Below are positions 37,552-47,535 of a stretch of DNA of 64,000 bases, piece by piece. The translations under genes and the position numbers were made by a program. The notes below the pieces were generated by a model. It had not been told where the DNA came from and made no database searches. It worked only from the letters and a program-made list of their open reading frames with translations. Origin of the DNA: a bacterium (GTDB taxonomy: Bacteria > Electryoneota > RPQS01 > DYHQ01); contig JAUXGA010000014.1 of the NCBI GenBank assembly GCA_030622545.1, positions 5,735-69,734 on the forward strand, in the 5' to 3' direction. Positions within the stretch are counted from its first letter, which is position 1. Each line of letters opens with the position of its first letter.

Positions 37552-38775
37552 TCATTCCATTTGTCTTTGCAAGAATCCTTCAATTCTCCCACACGCTTCT
37601 CGTATAGTATCCTCGGATGCGGCGAAGCTCAGGCGAATCGCTAAATCATCGCCAAAAACCGCGCCCGGCATGGTCGCGACGTATTCTTCTTCCAAGAGCT
37701 GCTTCGACACCGTTAGCGAACCGGGATAGGGTTTGCCCGCCTGTTTCCATACGGCATCAATGCGCGGAAAAACATAAAATGCGCCTTCCGGTTTTGGCGC
37801 TTTAACGTTCGGCCATTTTTCGACAAGCGCATACATCAAATCACGCCGCTTCTGAAAAACCTCGCGCATGTGCTCGCGGTCGCGCTGGTCGTTCGAAACC
37901 GCTTCGACAGCCGCATGCTGCGAAATCGCGCTGGGAGAAGAGGTCATCTGTGATTGCAATTTCGCCGCCGCCGCGACGATACCTTTCGGGCCTGCGCCAT
38001 AACCCAATCGCCAGCCGGTCATCGCGTAAGATTTCGAGCAACTGCTAACATACAGCGTCCGCCCGTAGAGTTCCGGCAAATGCGCCGGTGATGCTTGCGT
38101 GCGTCCGTCGTAGAGCAAATGCTCGTAAACTTCGTCGGATAAAATCCAGCAGTTCGCTTTGGCTAAAACCGGCGCGAGCGCTTCGAGTTCGCCCTTCGTG
38201 TATAAGGTGGATGTTGGATTCGACGGCGTAATCAACACGACCATTTTCGTACGCGGCGACAATGCTTTTTCGAGCTGAGCGGGAGAAACCAGATAGCGCG
38301 ATTCGGGCGTCGTTTCGATGATGACCGGCACGCCCTCGGCGATTTTGATGAGCTCCGGATACGCCAAGAAATACGGCGCGGGCAAAATCACTTCATCGCC
38401 GGGATTAATCGCCGCTAACATGAAATTCGTGATGACATGTTTGCCGCCGTTGGAAACAAGAATCTGCTCCGGCGAGTACGCGAGGTTCTGTTCGCGCGAA
38501 AGTTTTTCTGAAATCGCTTTGCGAAGTTCCAGTGTGCCGCGAGCTTCGGTGTAGCGCGTGATGCCGTGGTCAATCGCGTATTTGCCCGCGGTGCGAATCG
38601 GCTCCGGCGTTTCGAAATCCGGCTCGCCGACCGACAGCGACAGCACCGGTTTGCCTTCAGCTTTCAACGCCGCTGTCCGCGCCACGATTTCCAGCGTTAA
38701 TGATGACGCAATCCGCGTCGTTCTATCTGCAGGAGGATGAATCATAATGTCCTTTGTTTTATCGCCGAGAAACAC
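37552..38775 (-). CDS. Class I/II pyridoxal-phosphate aminotransferase (aspartate aminotransferase-like)
   Basis: 'LSVGEPDFETP', 'SCSKSYAMTGWRLGY' (PLP-Lys) and 'SNP' motifs. Confidence 0.85.
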   Translation of the reverse strand: MFLGDKTKDIMIHPPADRTTRIASSLTLEIVARTAALKAEGKPVLSLSVGEPDFETPEPIRTAGKYAIDHGITRYTEARGTLELRKAISEKLSREQNLAYSPEQILVSNGGKHVITNFMLAAINPGDEVILPAPYFLAYPELIKIAEGVPVIIETTPESRYLVSPAQLEKALSPRTKMVVLITPSNPTSTLYTKGELEALAPVLAKANCWILSDEVYEHLLYDGRTQASPAHLPELYGRTLYVSSCSKSYAMTGWRLGYGAGPKGIVAAAAKLQSQMTSSPSAISQHAAVEAVSNDQRDREHMREVFQKRRDLMYALVEKWPNVKAPKPEGAFYVFPRIDAVWKQAGKPYPGSLTVSKQLLEEEYVATMPGAVFGDDLAIRLSFAASEDTIREACGRIEGFLQRQME

Positions 38776-38905
38776 GGATGAGTCACAGACCCACGCCCTA
38801 CAAATCTCCCATCAAGGCAGGGTTCACAGTGGAGTCACGACCAAATAGCAGTCACCATAACATCCGAACAAAAAATGTCATCGTGGAGGTAAAATCATCT
38901 TCCTC

Positions 38906-39934
38906 TCATCTTGTCGGATTCCAAACATATTTCCCTTCTTTGTCGATGTAGCCCAACATATCGCCAATTTTTACCCGCGCCAATCCTCCCGAAAAAGCGG
39001 ACGCAAATCTTCCAGAAGAACCCCTAGCTCGATCAAACTGCGGATTGATTGCGAATTTCCCCTGCTTGTCTACATAACCCCACTTGTCGCCAATCTCGAC
39101 AGCTGCCAATCCTTCGGAAAAACGCGACGCATCATCAAACTGCGGGTTGATGACAATCTTCCCCTCCTTGTCAATATAACCCCGCTTGTCGCCAATTCTT
39201 ACAACTGCCAATCCCTCGGAAAAATTCCCAACCCCATCAAATTGTGGATTGATAACAATCTTCCCTTCCTTGTCAATATAGCCAAACTTGTCGCCAATTC
39301 TTACCCATGCCAACCCTTCGGAAAAATCCCCAGCCCAATCGAATTGTGGATTGATGACAATCTTCCCCTCCTTGTCAATATAGCCGCTCTTACCCCCAAT
39401 GCGTACCCATGCCAACCCTTCAGAAAAATCTCCAGCCCTATCGAATTGTGGATTGATGACAATCTTCCCCTTCTTGTCAATGTAACCCCACTTACTGTCA
39501 ATTTCACGGTCAATTCTACGGTCAATTCTTACCAATGCCAGCCCTTCGGAAAAATCCTCAGCCCAACCGAATTGTGGATTGATGACGATCTTCCCTCTCT
39601 TGTCAATATAGCCAACCTTGCCGCCAATCTTTACCCACGCCAGCCCTTCGGAAAAATCCGTAGCATCATCAAATTGTGGATTGATGATGATCTTCCCTTT
39701 CTTGTCAATGTAGCCGCTCTTACCGCCAATGCCTACCAACGCCAATCCTTCGGAAAAATATTCAGCTCTATCGAATTGTGGATTGATGACAATCTTCCCT
39801 TTCTTGTCGATGTAGCCCCACTTGCCGTCCTGTGAAACCGGAAACAGGTCGCTGGTTTCTTTTGCCTTTTTCTGCTCTCCGCATGACATAATCAAAGGAG
39901 CAAGGCAAAGAATGAAAAAAAGAACCTTCTTCAT
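38906..39934 (-). CDS. WG-containing repeat lipoprotein (8 tandem ~37-aa 'KWGYIDKKGKIVINPQFD.A.DFSEGLA.V' repeats)
   Basis: Signal/lipobox 'LAPLIMSCG'. Direct reading of the repeats. Confidence 0.85.
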   Translation of the reverse strand: MKKVLFFILCLAPLIMSCGEQKKAKETSDLFPVSQDGKWGYIDKKGKIVINPQFDRAEYFSEGLALVGIGGKSGYIDKKGKIIINPQFDDATDFSEGLAWVKIGGKVGYIDKRGKIVINPQFGWAEDFSEGLALVRIDRRIDREIDSKWGYIDKKGKIVINPQFDRAGDFSEGLAWVRIGGKSGYIDKEGKIVINPQFDWAGDFSEGLAWVRIGDKFGYIDKEGKIVINPQFDGVGNFSEGLAVVRIGDKRGYIDKEGKIVINPQFDDASRFSEGLAAVEIGDKWGYVDKQGKFAINPQFDRARGSSGRFASAFSGGLARVKIGDMLGYIDKEGKYVWNPTR

Positions 39935-40105
39935 GGATGAGTTCCTCCGTTGGTTTCCTATTATAGACTATCTATAACCGCTTTCAGTTTCGCCTGCACC
40001 TCTTGCGCAACGTCGGTCAGTTTCGGGTTGCCGACAGACGACATCACGACAATCGGATCAAACGCAGCGACTTCGACCTTACCCGGCTCGGCGAGAACTT
40101 GCAAA

Positions 40106-40873
40106 TCAATACTCCCTTTTCAAAATACTGACGACGAGATTAATAGAGGTGCCTTTGGGGACTTCGGTGCCGGAACTGATGGACTGCGCGATGACGGTTC
40201 CGGCGTCTAAATTGGGAATCGCTTTTTGTGTCACCATGCCCAGAATAAGTCCGGCTTCGCGGATGCGTTTGCGCGCTTCATGCAGGCTTTGACCGACGAG
40301 TTCCGGCACAGTAAAGGCATATGGCTCCGGTCCCATCGAAATCGTCAGCGTGATGGTATCGTTTTTTGCGACCGTACTGTCCGGCGGCGGAAACTGAGCG
40401 ATGATTTTCTCTGAAGGCGTCGTATCCGAGAAGACATGAAAGATAAACTCGCGGGGGCAGACTAATCCCAGTGAGACGCATCGCCACTGCGCGTCTCGTC
40501 CATCGAGACCAATCAGGTTCGGTATCGTAATCACCGGCTGTGGTGCGGCGGGGATGACTCGAATTCTCCGACCTGTTTTGCACAGTGCTCCCGCTCGCGG
40601 AAGTTGTTCTAAGATAGTTCCCTTCGAAATACCCGGCGAGAATTTCTCGTCTTCGACAACAAGCACCAGCCGGTTTGCTGTGGCAAGTGATTCCGCTTCT
40701 GCAAGGGGAAGTTCGACGAAGTTGGGAACTTCAAACTCGCGCCCTTGCCGGGTGTAGAGGGGTAGAATAACTTTGTCGAGAGCAAAATAAAAAAGGACCA
40801 AAGCACAAAGGCCCAAAAGAATTGCATAAAGCCAGCGTTTGTTCAAACGCCAGCGATTTTTTCTTTTCTTCAT
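40106..40873 (-). CDS. PASTA-domain membrane protein
   Basis: Start MKKRKNRW (ATGA overlap with rsmB stop). TM helix 'LYAILLGLCALVLFYFAL'. Three PASTA-like repeats. Confidence 0.7.
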   Translation of the reverse strand: MKKRKNRWRLNKRWLYAILLGLCALVLFYFALDKVILPLYTRQGREFEVPNFVELPLAEAESLATANRLVLVVEDEKFSPGISKGTILEQLPRAGALCKTGRRIRVIPAAPQPVITIPNLIGLDGRDAQWRCVSLGLVCPREFIFHVFSDTTPSEKIIAQFPPPDSTVAKNDTITLTISMGPEPYAFTVPELVGQSLHEARKRIREAGLILGMVTQKAIPNLDAGTVIAQSISSGTEVPKGTSINLVVSILKREY

Positions 40874-42225
40874 GCGGATCCAGACGTATGTTTCATTCGG
40901 GCGGCATAGGCGCCGTCGGTTCCATGGCGGTGTGTCCACGTTTGCATATCTTCGGCGTCGCTCACAACGTTCTCAGGCACGAACGGTTTAACGCTTTCCC
41001 GTTCAAATTCTTCGCTGCGACGGAGAAAATTTTCGACAACGTGGATATTTTCACGAGGCAGGATAGAACAGGTGCTGTAAACCAGAGTGCCGCCGGGCTT
41101 CAAATTCCGGGCGGCGGCGCGAATAAGCTGCCCCTGCAACGCTTGCTGCGCTTCGAGGTGTTCCGGCCGCCTTCGCCAGCGAATATCCGGATGGCGGCGC
41201 AGCAATCCGACGCTGGAACACGGCACATCCACTAAAACGCGGTCGAATGCTTCCGGCAGCGGTTCGCGTCCGTCCTGAACGCGAACATCAACGCCTTCCA
41301 TTCCAAGTCGCGTCAGGTTTTCTTTCAGCGTATCGGCGCGCACCGGATCCGGATCCACCGCGACGATGTGCGCTTTTCCCTCGGTACGCTCAAAGATATG
41401 AGCGGTTTTCCCTCCGGGAGCGGCGCATAAATCCAGAATCGTCTCGCCGGGCTGCGGATCCAACACCAGCGTAACCAGCCCCGCGCTTTCATCCTGAATC
41501 GCAACTTTGCCTTCATTCACAAGGTCATGAATACTGGAGAAAGATGGTGTTTCCAATCGGAAATAGCCGTCAAGAAGCTGTGACTTCTGAAAACGAACAT
41601 GGCGTTCGGTCAGGGTTTCTTCCAGTGCCGGTATGGTTATTTTGATGGGATTTGCGCGGAGGGTCAGCGAGGTATGTTCATTATTGGCTTCGAGCGCGAG
41701 AACGGCTTCTTCCGCGCCCAACATGCGGACAAGCTGGCGAATAATCCAGCGGGGATGGGACGTTTGAAAAGAGAGCTTTGAAAATTCATCCGCACCTTCC
41801 GGAAGGATTTCCCAGCGTTCGCGTTCTCGCGCCAACCGGCGCAGAATCGCGTTGACTAAACCTCCGGCGGATTTTCCCAGCCTCTCGATGGCGATTTCGA
41901 CCGTCTGGCTAACGGCGGCATGGTCCGGGACCCGGTCGAGGAGAAAGAGTTGATAGACTCCAATCCTCAAGAGGAACTTGAGGGTTGGATTTGCCCGACG
42001 GTAATCGCCATGAAAAATTGCAGCGATAACCCCGTCCAAACGCCCGCGCCAGCGCTGTGTTCCCCAGAAAATTTCTGCGGCTAGAGCCCGGTCACTGCCT
42101 CTCAAGGAAGAGTCGTCCAACATTCTCGCCAGGACTTCATCGGCAAAAGCCGTTTGTGACGCCGCTGTCAGCAGTCCATCCAGAGCAACAGACCGGGCAG
42201 AAGGGCCTTTTTGAGGTGCTGTCAT
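40870..42225 (-). CDS. rsmB: 16S rRNA (cytosine-C5)-methyltransferase RsmB/Sun
   Basis: NusB-like N-domain. 'DLCAAPGGKT' SAM motif. 'DVPCSSVGLLRRHPDIRWRR' PC catalytic motif. Confidence 0.9.
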   Translation of the reverse strand: MTAPQKGPSARSVALDGLLTAASQTAFADEVLARMLDDSSLRGSDRALAAEIFWGTQRWRGRLDGVIAAIFHGDYRRANPTLKFLLRIGVYQLFLLDRVPDHAAVSQTVEIAIERLGKSAGGLVNAILRRLARERERWEILPEGADEFSKLSFQTSHPRWIIRQLVRMLGAEEAVLALEANNEHTSLTLRANPIKITIPALEETLTERHVRFQKSQLLDGYFRLETPSFSSIHDLVNEGKVAIQDESAGLVTLVLDPQPGETILDLCAAPGGKTAHIFERTEGKAHIVAVDPDPVRADTLKENLTRLGMEGVDVRVQDGREPLPEAFDRVLVDVPCSSVGLLRRHPDIRWRRRPEHLEAQQALQGQLIRAAARNLKPGGTLVYSTCSILPRENIHVVENFLRRSEEFERESVKPFVPENVVSDAEDMQTWTHRHGTDGAYAARMKHTSGSA

Positions 42226-42350
42226 GATACGAATTCAATAAAACAAATCCTCCCTCAAAAAGCAAGCTCCCACGCACCTGCAACAAAACACCGCCTTGGA
42301 GCGTCCTATAAGGCGAGAGAGAAGTTTGAAGTCTATCATTAGGTTGAAAA

Positions 42351-43460
42351 ATGAAGAGGTTATTCGCAATTACAGGGCTCTGCGCCGTTCTCTTGACAGT
42401 GCCAACGGCCTCCGCCGCTTTAGGGACACTCGGAGGCCTCGAGATGCTTCACAAGCTCTTTATTATTAATAAAGTGCTTGCCAGCGAACGCGACAGCGCC
42501 ACGGAAGCAGAGGATTCTTCCGGTCCCAGCCGAGGCGTGAAAGACAGTGAAGACTGGGGAAAACACGATGAGAACATGGCGCACTTCTCGACGCTCCTTC
42601 TGCTGGAGGACGCCAAGGATGCGGAACTCACCGCCGAAATCGTCTTTGGCGAATTTATCATAAAGCCGGCGGGCGGGGATACACTGTTGTACGTTGAAGT
42701 GGAATATGACCCGGAGAAATTCTCGCATCCGGTGATGGATTATAAACGCCATTATAATCATGTGAGAATCTCCCTTGAATCAGCCGGAATGGCAGAGGAA
42801 GATTTCAACAAACACATGAAATCATTCCAAAATACCTGGCACATCTATCTTGGTCGAGATGTCACATGGCAACTCGAACTGGATTTAGCCGCCTGCGAAA
42901 CACGGATGGAGTTGGGGGGACTCAAGGTTGAGAATTTGAATGTGGAATCCGGCCTCTCGGATACGCAGCTCAGTTTTTCCGAACCGAACCGTGTTGTACT
43001 GGAAAAGTGTCAAATCGAAACCGGGGTCGGCTCCTTTGAAGCATTTCAATTAGGGAACGCGGTTATCCGACGATTTTCACTGGAAAATGGACTGGGTTCG
43101 TCTGTGCTCGATTTCTCAGGCAAACACCCTTTCGAAGCGTTGAAAGCCAGTATTGAATCAGGACTCGGCAGCGTGGAAATGCAATTCCCCCAAGGTCTGC
43201 CGGTTTTGATGCAGGTGGAAACGTTTTTGGGAAGCTCGGATTTGCCCGGATTTGATAAACTGAACGGTGACCTGTACCGCAGCGTTTACTACCGGGAAGG
43301 GATTCCGGGACTTGAAGCCGATGTGTCTATCGGAATGGGTTCGGTGAATGTGATCTGGCTGCCCAAGATGCCCTTACCCCCGGGAGCCCCATCATTGCCG
43401 AAGGATGACAAACTGCCATCACCTCCGAAAGTCCCGAAGAAAATTAGAGTGGTGGATTAG
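42351..43460 (+). CDS. Secreted hypothetical protein with putative-adhesin/DUF4097-like beta-repeat region and Pro-rich tail
   Basis: Signal peptide MKRLFAITGLCAVLLTVPTASA. Repeated 'E.G.GS' strands. C-terminal 'PLPPGAPSLPKDDKLPSPPKVPKK'. Confidence 0.5.
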   Translation: MKRLFAITGLCAVLLTVPTASAALGTLGGLEMLHKLFIINKVLASERDSATEAEDSSGPSRGVKDSEDWGKHDENMAHFSTLLLLEDAKDAELTAEIVFGEFIIKPAGGDTLLYVEVEYDPEKFSHPVMDYKRHYNHVRISLESAGMAEEDFNKHMKSFQNTWHIYLGRDVTWQLELDLAACETRMELGGLKVENLNVESGLSDTQLSFSEPNRVVLEKCQIETGVGSFEAFQLGNAVIRRFSLENGLGSSVLDFSGKHPFEALKASIESGLGSVEMQFPQGLPVLMQVETFLGSSDLPGFDKLNGDLYRSVYYREGIPGLEADVSIGMGSVNVIWLPKMPLPPGAPSLPKDDKLPSPPKVPKKIRVVD

Positions 43461-43597
43461 AAACATGAAAATGCAACCATCAAAGCGGTGCCATAGCGAG
43501 TAACCCCGCTTGTCCGCAGCCGGGCGGGACTCCTTCCTTTGGTCAGGTTCGTGGTGGGACACCTAGGAAACCGCATGGCACCCGCTCTTCATAAAAC

Positions 43598-43627
43598 GGC
43601 CTCCAGTTTTGGAGGCTGTTTTTTGTT
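43598..43627 (+). terminator. Rho-independent terminator
   Basis: ggcctcc-agttt-tggaggc hairpin followed by tgttttttgttt. Confidence 0.8.
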
Positions 43628-43748
43628 TGGCGAAAAAGCAAAGCCCCATGGAAATCCACAGGGCTCTTGCAAATCTGACGTTTTATCAAAGTCAGTAGGT
43701 AATTCTCATCGCTCAATCCTTCTTACAGGCGAGCCTGAGTAGGCAGGA

Positions 43749-44033
43749 CTACCAGCGATCTTGCTTGTTATAGGTCCTGTCACGCCGTTCGGTCTTGGGT
43801 CGTGCCTCGTTGACTGTGATCGCTTTCCCATCAAGGTCTGCGCCGCCGACCGCATTGATTGCGGCTTGCGCCTCTTCCTTGTTCGGCATTTCGACGAAGC
43901 CAAAACCCCGAGAGCGTCCGGTGTCCCGGAATTTGATAATGTTTACAGACGCGATTTCGCCATGCGGCTCAAACAGCGCGCGGAGGGAATCCTCCGTCGA
44001 AGAGAAATCTAAATTTCCCACGTAGATGTTCAT
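43749..44033 (-). CDS. RRM-domain RNA-binding protein
   Basis: RNP2 'IYVGNL'. RNP1 'RGFGFVEM'. 94 aa with a Gly/Arg-poor tail. RBS aaaaggaaaaag. Confidence 0.9.
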   Translation of the reverse strand: MNIYVGNLDFSSTEDSLRALFEPHGEIASVNIIKFRDTGRSRGFGFVEMPNKEEAQAAINAVGGADLDGKAITVNEARPKTERRDRTYNKQDRW

Positions 44034-44194
44034 TCTTTTTCCTTTTCGTTCTTTTCCCGGCCCTGTGCCGGACTTTTTGCGCTAACCACATCTATTGGTG
44101 GCATGCGCTATCGTTGTTCCCCGCCGGTGCCAAGTTATTGACTCCATTGGAGATGCGTTCGCTTTAAGAAAATCTCTGGCAAGAATCCCGGATA

Positions 44195-44347
44195 TAAAAA
44201 AGGGTGGCTATTGGGCCACCTTTGTTCTTCTCGCCTATTGTAAAGCTTAAAAATTGCGGTCTGGGACCGCCGGGTATTCCGTCGCTGAATTCACAATGCC
44301 CCCGATGGGCAACTATACAATATACGAAAATAATTCCCGAATGTCAA
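44195..44347 (-). ncRNA. Candidate small RNA or structured leader: consensus promoter, about 115-nt transcript and intrinsic terminator upstream of the RRM gene
   Basis: Minus-strand TTGACA (44347-44342), 17-nt spacer, TATATT (44324-44319). Terminator hairpin ggtggc-tattgg-gccacc (44203-44220) followed by a U-run (44195-44202). No ORF within. Confidence 0.4.
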
Positions 44348-44574
44348 GAGCTTTCTTACACCTCAAATTTAGTCTGTTTCCCGCCGTTGTACCTCTCCAG
44401 AGCCGCAATGGTGTTATAGCATACGCCTAATTTCCGCCTCCGCCAGCCATTCGTAGATGTTTCGCCTGTCCCGCTCGATGGCAGGGCGGAGGGTGATTTT
44501 CTTTTCTCGAATGATCCTGTCACTCCTCATCATAGTATATGGCATTCTTTTTCTCTCGCACACAGGAGAAAATC

Positions 44575-45954
44575 TTATTTTAGAAGCAATAATTTCTGTG
44601 TTGCACTGAAGCGGTCGCTTCGCAGGTATGCGAAATAAACTCCCGAAGGCAATGTTGATGCGTTGAAGACAATGCGGTGCGTACCCACTTGAATAAGATC
44701 ATTCTGCAACAGGCGGACTTTTCGCCCCATAATATCATACACCGTGAGTACCGTCCTACCTGCACGCGGCAATATGAAAGAAAGGGTGGTCGAAGAGTTA
44801 AAAGGATTGGGATAAACAACGAATGAATATTGTGAAGGAAGCGCAGCAATATCCCGCGGCGCTACCGGTAAGGAATCCGAATCGAGCTTGGCCAGATAAA
44901 TAAGACCGTTGTACTGCCCCGCAGCGATATAACCACTATCTGAGGTCTGTTGCACCGAGAAAAAGCCGCCCCCTCCCTCGCTGCCCCATATCTTTGTCCA
45001 TAGTATGTCGCCAGAGCTATTAAGCCTAATAACATAAGGCACAGAATGACAGAGAGAGTCCGTGAATCCTGCGACAATAAATCCTCCATCGAAAGTTGGT
45101 GATACTGAAATTGCCACATCATATTCTGTAATCCCATAGAAACGCGTCCACAGAGTGTCGCCGTCTCCATCAATACGCACAAGATAGATATCGCTGTTGT
45201 CTGAGTATGAATATGTGTAACCAGCCAACAAAAATCCCCCGTCTTGTGCAGCACAAATCGAATTTGCCAAGTCGTCAGCGTTCCCACCATATGTACGCAC
45301 CCATTGAATATCGCCTATGCTGTTCGTTTTCACTGCATAGAAATCCCAAGAATCCTCGTTGGAAGCGCGAAATGACCCTGCAGCACAATATCCGCCGTCC
45401 ACTGCTGGCTGTACTCCATACAATGATGCCGGTAGTGTAAGGTGCCATTCCCAATTTCCCAAACTGTCCGTTTTTACAAGGCTGTACGTATGATCTCCAC
45501 ACGCGATGTATCCGGCATCGCTCGTCAGGCAAACGGCATACGTACGATACCCATAGGTTCGTTCCCATTGCACACTTCCGGCGCTATCTATTTTGAATAG
45601 AGTACCGGGGGCTTGGCGACCAAGGATTCCTGCCACTACGTAGCCACCGTCTGCAGTTTGCCGCACATCATAAGCTTCACTGATGGGCATAACATCAGGA
45701 TCATAGTCATGCGCCCACATCTGATTGCCAACGTTGTCCGTTTTGAGTACATAGACAGAACCATACCATTGATGGAAAAGATACAGACTCACACCTCCAA
45801 TAATGTATCCACCATCCACAGTCTGTTGAACCGAGTTGGCGGCACCTCCAAACCATTCAGGATTGTAGCTCTTCGTCCATACCGTATCAGGAGCTTGCGC
45901 AAATGCAAAAACAAACGGAAGGAAAAGAAACAGTGCAATGACATTGTATTTCAT
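44575..45954 (-). CDS. Secreted beta-propeller-like repeat protein with T9SS C-terminal sorting domain
   Basis: Start MKYNVIALFLFLPFVFAFAQA (signal peptide). The track ORF has a 23-aa upstream extension. Repeats 'SVQQTxDGGYIxxG...YxVKTDxxG', same family as the N-terminus of 6368..11542. C-terminal 'YPNPFNSSTTLSF...VYDIMGRKV...SGVYFAYL' Por tail. Confidence 0.85.
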   Translation of the reverse strand: MKYNVIALFLFLPFVFAFAQAPDTVWTKSYNPEWFGGAANSVQQTVDGGYIIGGVSLYLFHQWYGSVYVLKTDNVGNQMWAHDYDPDVMPISEAYDVRQTADGGYVVAGILGRQAPGTLFKIDSAGSVQWERTYGYRTYAVCLTSDAGYIACGDHTYSLVKTDSLGNWEWHLTLPASLYGVQPAVDGGYCAAGSFRASNEDSWDFYAVKTNSIGDIQWVRTYGGNADDLANSICAAQDGGFLLAGYTYSYSDNSDIYLVRIDGDGDTLWTRFYGITEYDVAISVSPTFDGGFIVAGFTDSLCHSVPYVIRLNSSGDILWTKIWGSEGGGGFFSVQQTSDSGYIAAGQYNGLIYLAKLDSDSLPVAPRDIAALPSQYSFVVYPNPFNSSTTLSFILPRAGRTVLTVYDIMGRKVRLLQNDLIQVGTHRIVFNASTLPSGVYFAYLRSDRFSATQKLLLLK

Positions 45955-46058
45955 GATTATCTCCGTAGTTCGGCAAACGGAACTCCAGGCAATATCAGTG
46001 GCTGGCGGCCGATGACATAGCAATCAGATTTCGAAGATTGTTCATAGTCCACAGTGCA

Positions 46059-47531
46059 TCATAAATCACTCGCAATGGACAGTTCCGACAACCCCACACC
46101 AAACTCCTGCAGCCGCGCGTCTGCAATCTTATCAAGCTCGCGCTGGATGGTGGAGTCAAGGGGTTGGGATTCGTGTTTCTTCAATGTTTTTTCGACGAAA
46201 TCGTGGGCGCGTTCGAGGGCGGTTTTGGCGCCGTGACGTTCGGAAGCTTCGTCAGTCATGCGGTCAACGATTTTGCTGGGGTAATAGCCTTCCTGCTTGT
46301 ACCATTTGAGCGTATGCGGATGGTCAAGAAGATTGCCTTTCTTAAGAAGCACTTCCATCAGTTCGGGAATGCTCGCACCTTCGCGGGGTTCGATGCCGCG
46401 AGTCAATCGCAACGCGAAACCGCAGATGTCATGATCAATCGCAAGTTTTTCGAGCGACTGCGCGTTTTCGAAATTCATCATCCCCGCGCCGGAAATCATG
46501 TTCACACCCGCGAGCGCCGCCATCACCGCTCCCATGCCGCTTTCGAATCCCGCCTGTGCGTCCACGACCTTCGCATCGGAAAGGCTCATGTACGCATGCG
46601 TCGGCACGTTGAAATGTTTGCCGACTTGCGCGTACGCCGCGTCAATCATCATCGTCTCAATCGCGCCCATCGGCGTCGTGGCGGTGCGCATATCGAAAAA
46701 CGCCGGCGAGCCGCCATAGATAATCGGCGCGCCGGGCGCTGCGAGCTGATGAATCACGATGCCGCTCAAATCCTCGGCGCAATGCTGCACGACCGCTCCA
46801 TGCAGCGATACCGGCGACGTCGCGCCTGTCAATGGCATCGAAACCAGTTCCGCCGGAATGCCCGTGCGCGCGGCATCGATTAAATCCTGACACGTCAAGT
46901 CACTCCACATCAGCGGCGGCGACGGGCAGCAATCGAATTGCGCGAGTGGTTTTTCACGCAGCGCTTTTTCGCTTCCACGCACCGCAATTAGCATTCGTTT
47001 CATCACATCGAACGAACCGCGTATGAACGTGCCGGTCACCACAGGCTTCGTGCCGTTCATCAGCGCGATATACAGACGGATGCTGTCCGAAACTTCTGGA
47101 GGCACATCACCCGGCACGACGCCGGTGGATTGAGCGGCGAAATTCGGCAACGCGTCAATCAAGCGAGCGAAACGAACAGCGTCTTCAATGCGCGCACTCC
47201 GAAGTTTGCCGCTGTCGTAATCATAAAATTTCAGCGCCGCCGAGCCGGGGTCGAAATGGCAACGATCCTCTCCCAAGTCCGCCTGCAATTCTCCTTCGCG
47301 ATCATAGAGCTGAATCGAAGAAGGAACGGTTTTCAGACATCTTTCGATGAGGGCTGAATGAATCCTAACTCTACCCGCTTTCAGCTTCGCTCCTGCGTCG
47401 AGCAAAAGCCTCTGTGCTTCGGCATTCTCGACCATCACGCCTGAGCGTTCCAAAATCACGAAGGCATCGTCGATAATCGCCTGCACCAGTTCCGGCGAAA
47501 GAAGTTTTATTTTAGGTCGAATATGGGACAT
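46059..47531 (-). CDS. MttB-superfamily methyltransferase (trimethylamine/quaternary-amine:corrinoid methyltransferase family; non-Pyl type)
   Basis: Start MSHIRPKIKLLSPEL. Alignable core 'IALMNGTKPVV...FDCCPSPPLMWSD...GATSPVSLHGAVVQHCAE'. No in-frame amber codon seen. Confidence 0.8.
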   Translation of the reverse strand: MSHIRPKIKLLSPELVQAIIDDAFVILERSGVMVENAEAQRLLLDAGAKLKAGRVRIHSALIERCLKTVPSSIQLYDREGELQADLGEDRCHFDPGSAALKFYDYDSGKLRSARIEDAVRFARLIDALPNFAAQSTGVVPGDVPPEVSDSIRLYIALMNGTKPVVTGTFIRGSFDVMKRMLIAVRGSEKALREKPLAQFDCCPSPPLMWSDLTCQDLIDAARTGIPAELVSMPLTGATSPVSLHGAVVQHCAEDLSGIVIHQLAAPGAPIIYGGSPAFFDMRTATTPMGAIETMMIDAAYAQVGKHFNVPTHAYMSLSDAKVVDAQAGFESGMGAVMAALAGVNMISGAGMMNFENAQSLEKLAIDHDICGFALRLTRGIEPREGASIPELMEVLLKKGNLLDHPHTLKWYKQEGYYPSKIVDRMTDEASERHGAKTALERAHDFVEKTLKKHESQPLDSTIQRELDKIADARLQEFGVGLSELSIASDL

Positions 47532-47535
47532 ACAA

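Noticed and set aside
39242-39835. 197-aa plus-strand ORF with 'WIDDNLPLLVNIA' repeats
   Set aside because: Mirror image of the WG-repeat lipoprotein gene on the minus strand, which has a lipobox and a canonical repeat consensus.
46164-46883. 239-aa plus-strand Arg/His-rich ORF
   Set aside because: Antisense to the MttB-family gene. Its composition (R/H/A-rich) is typical of GC-rich antisense frames.
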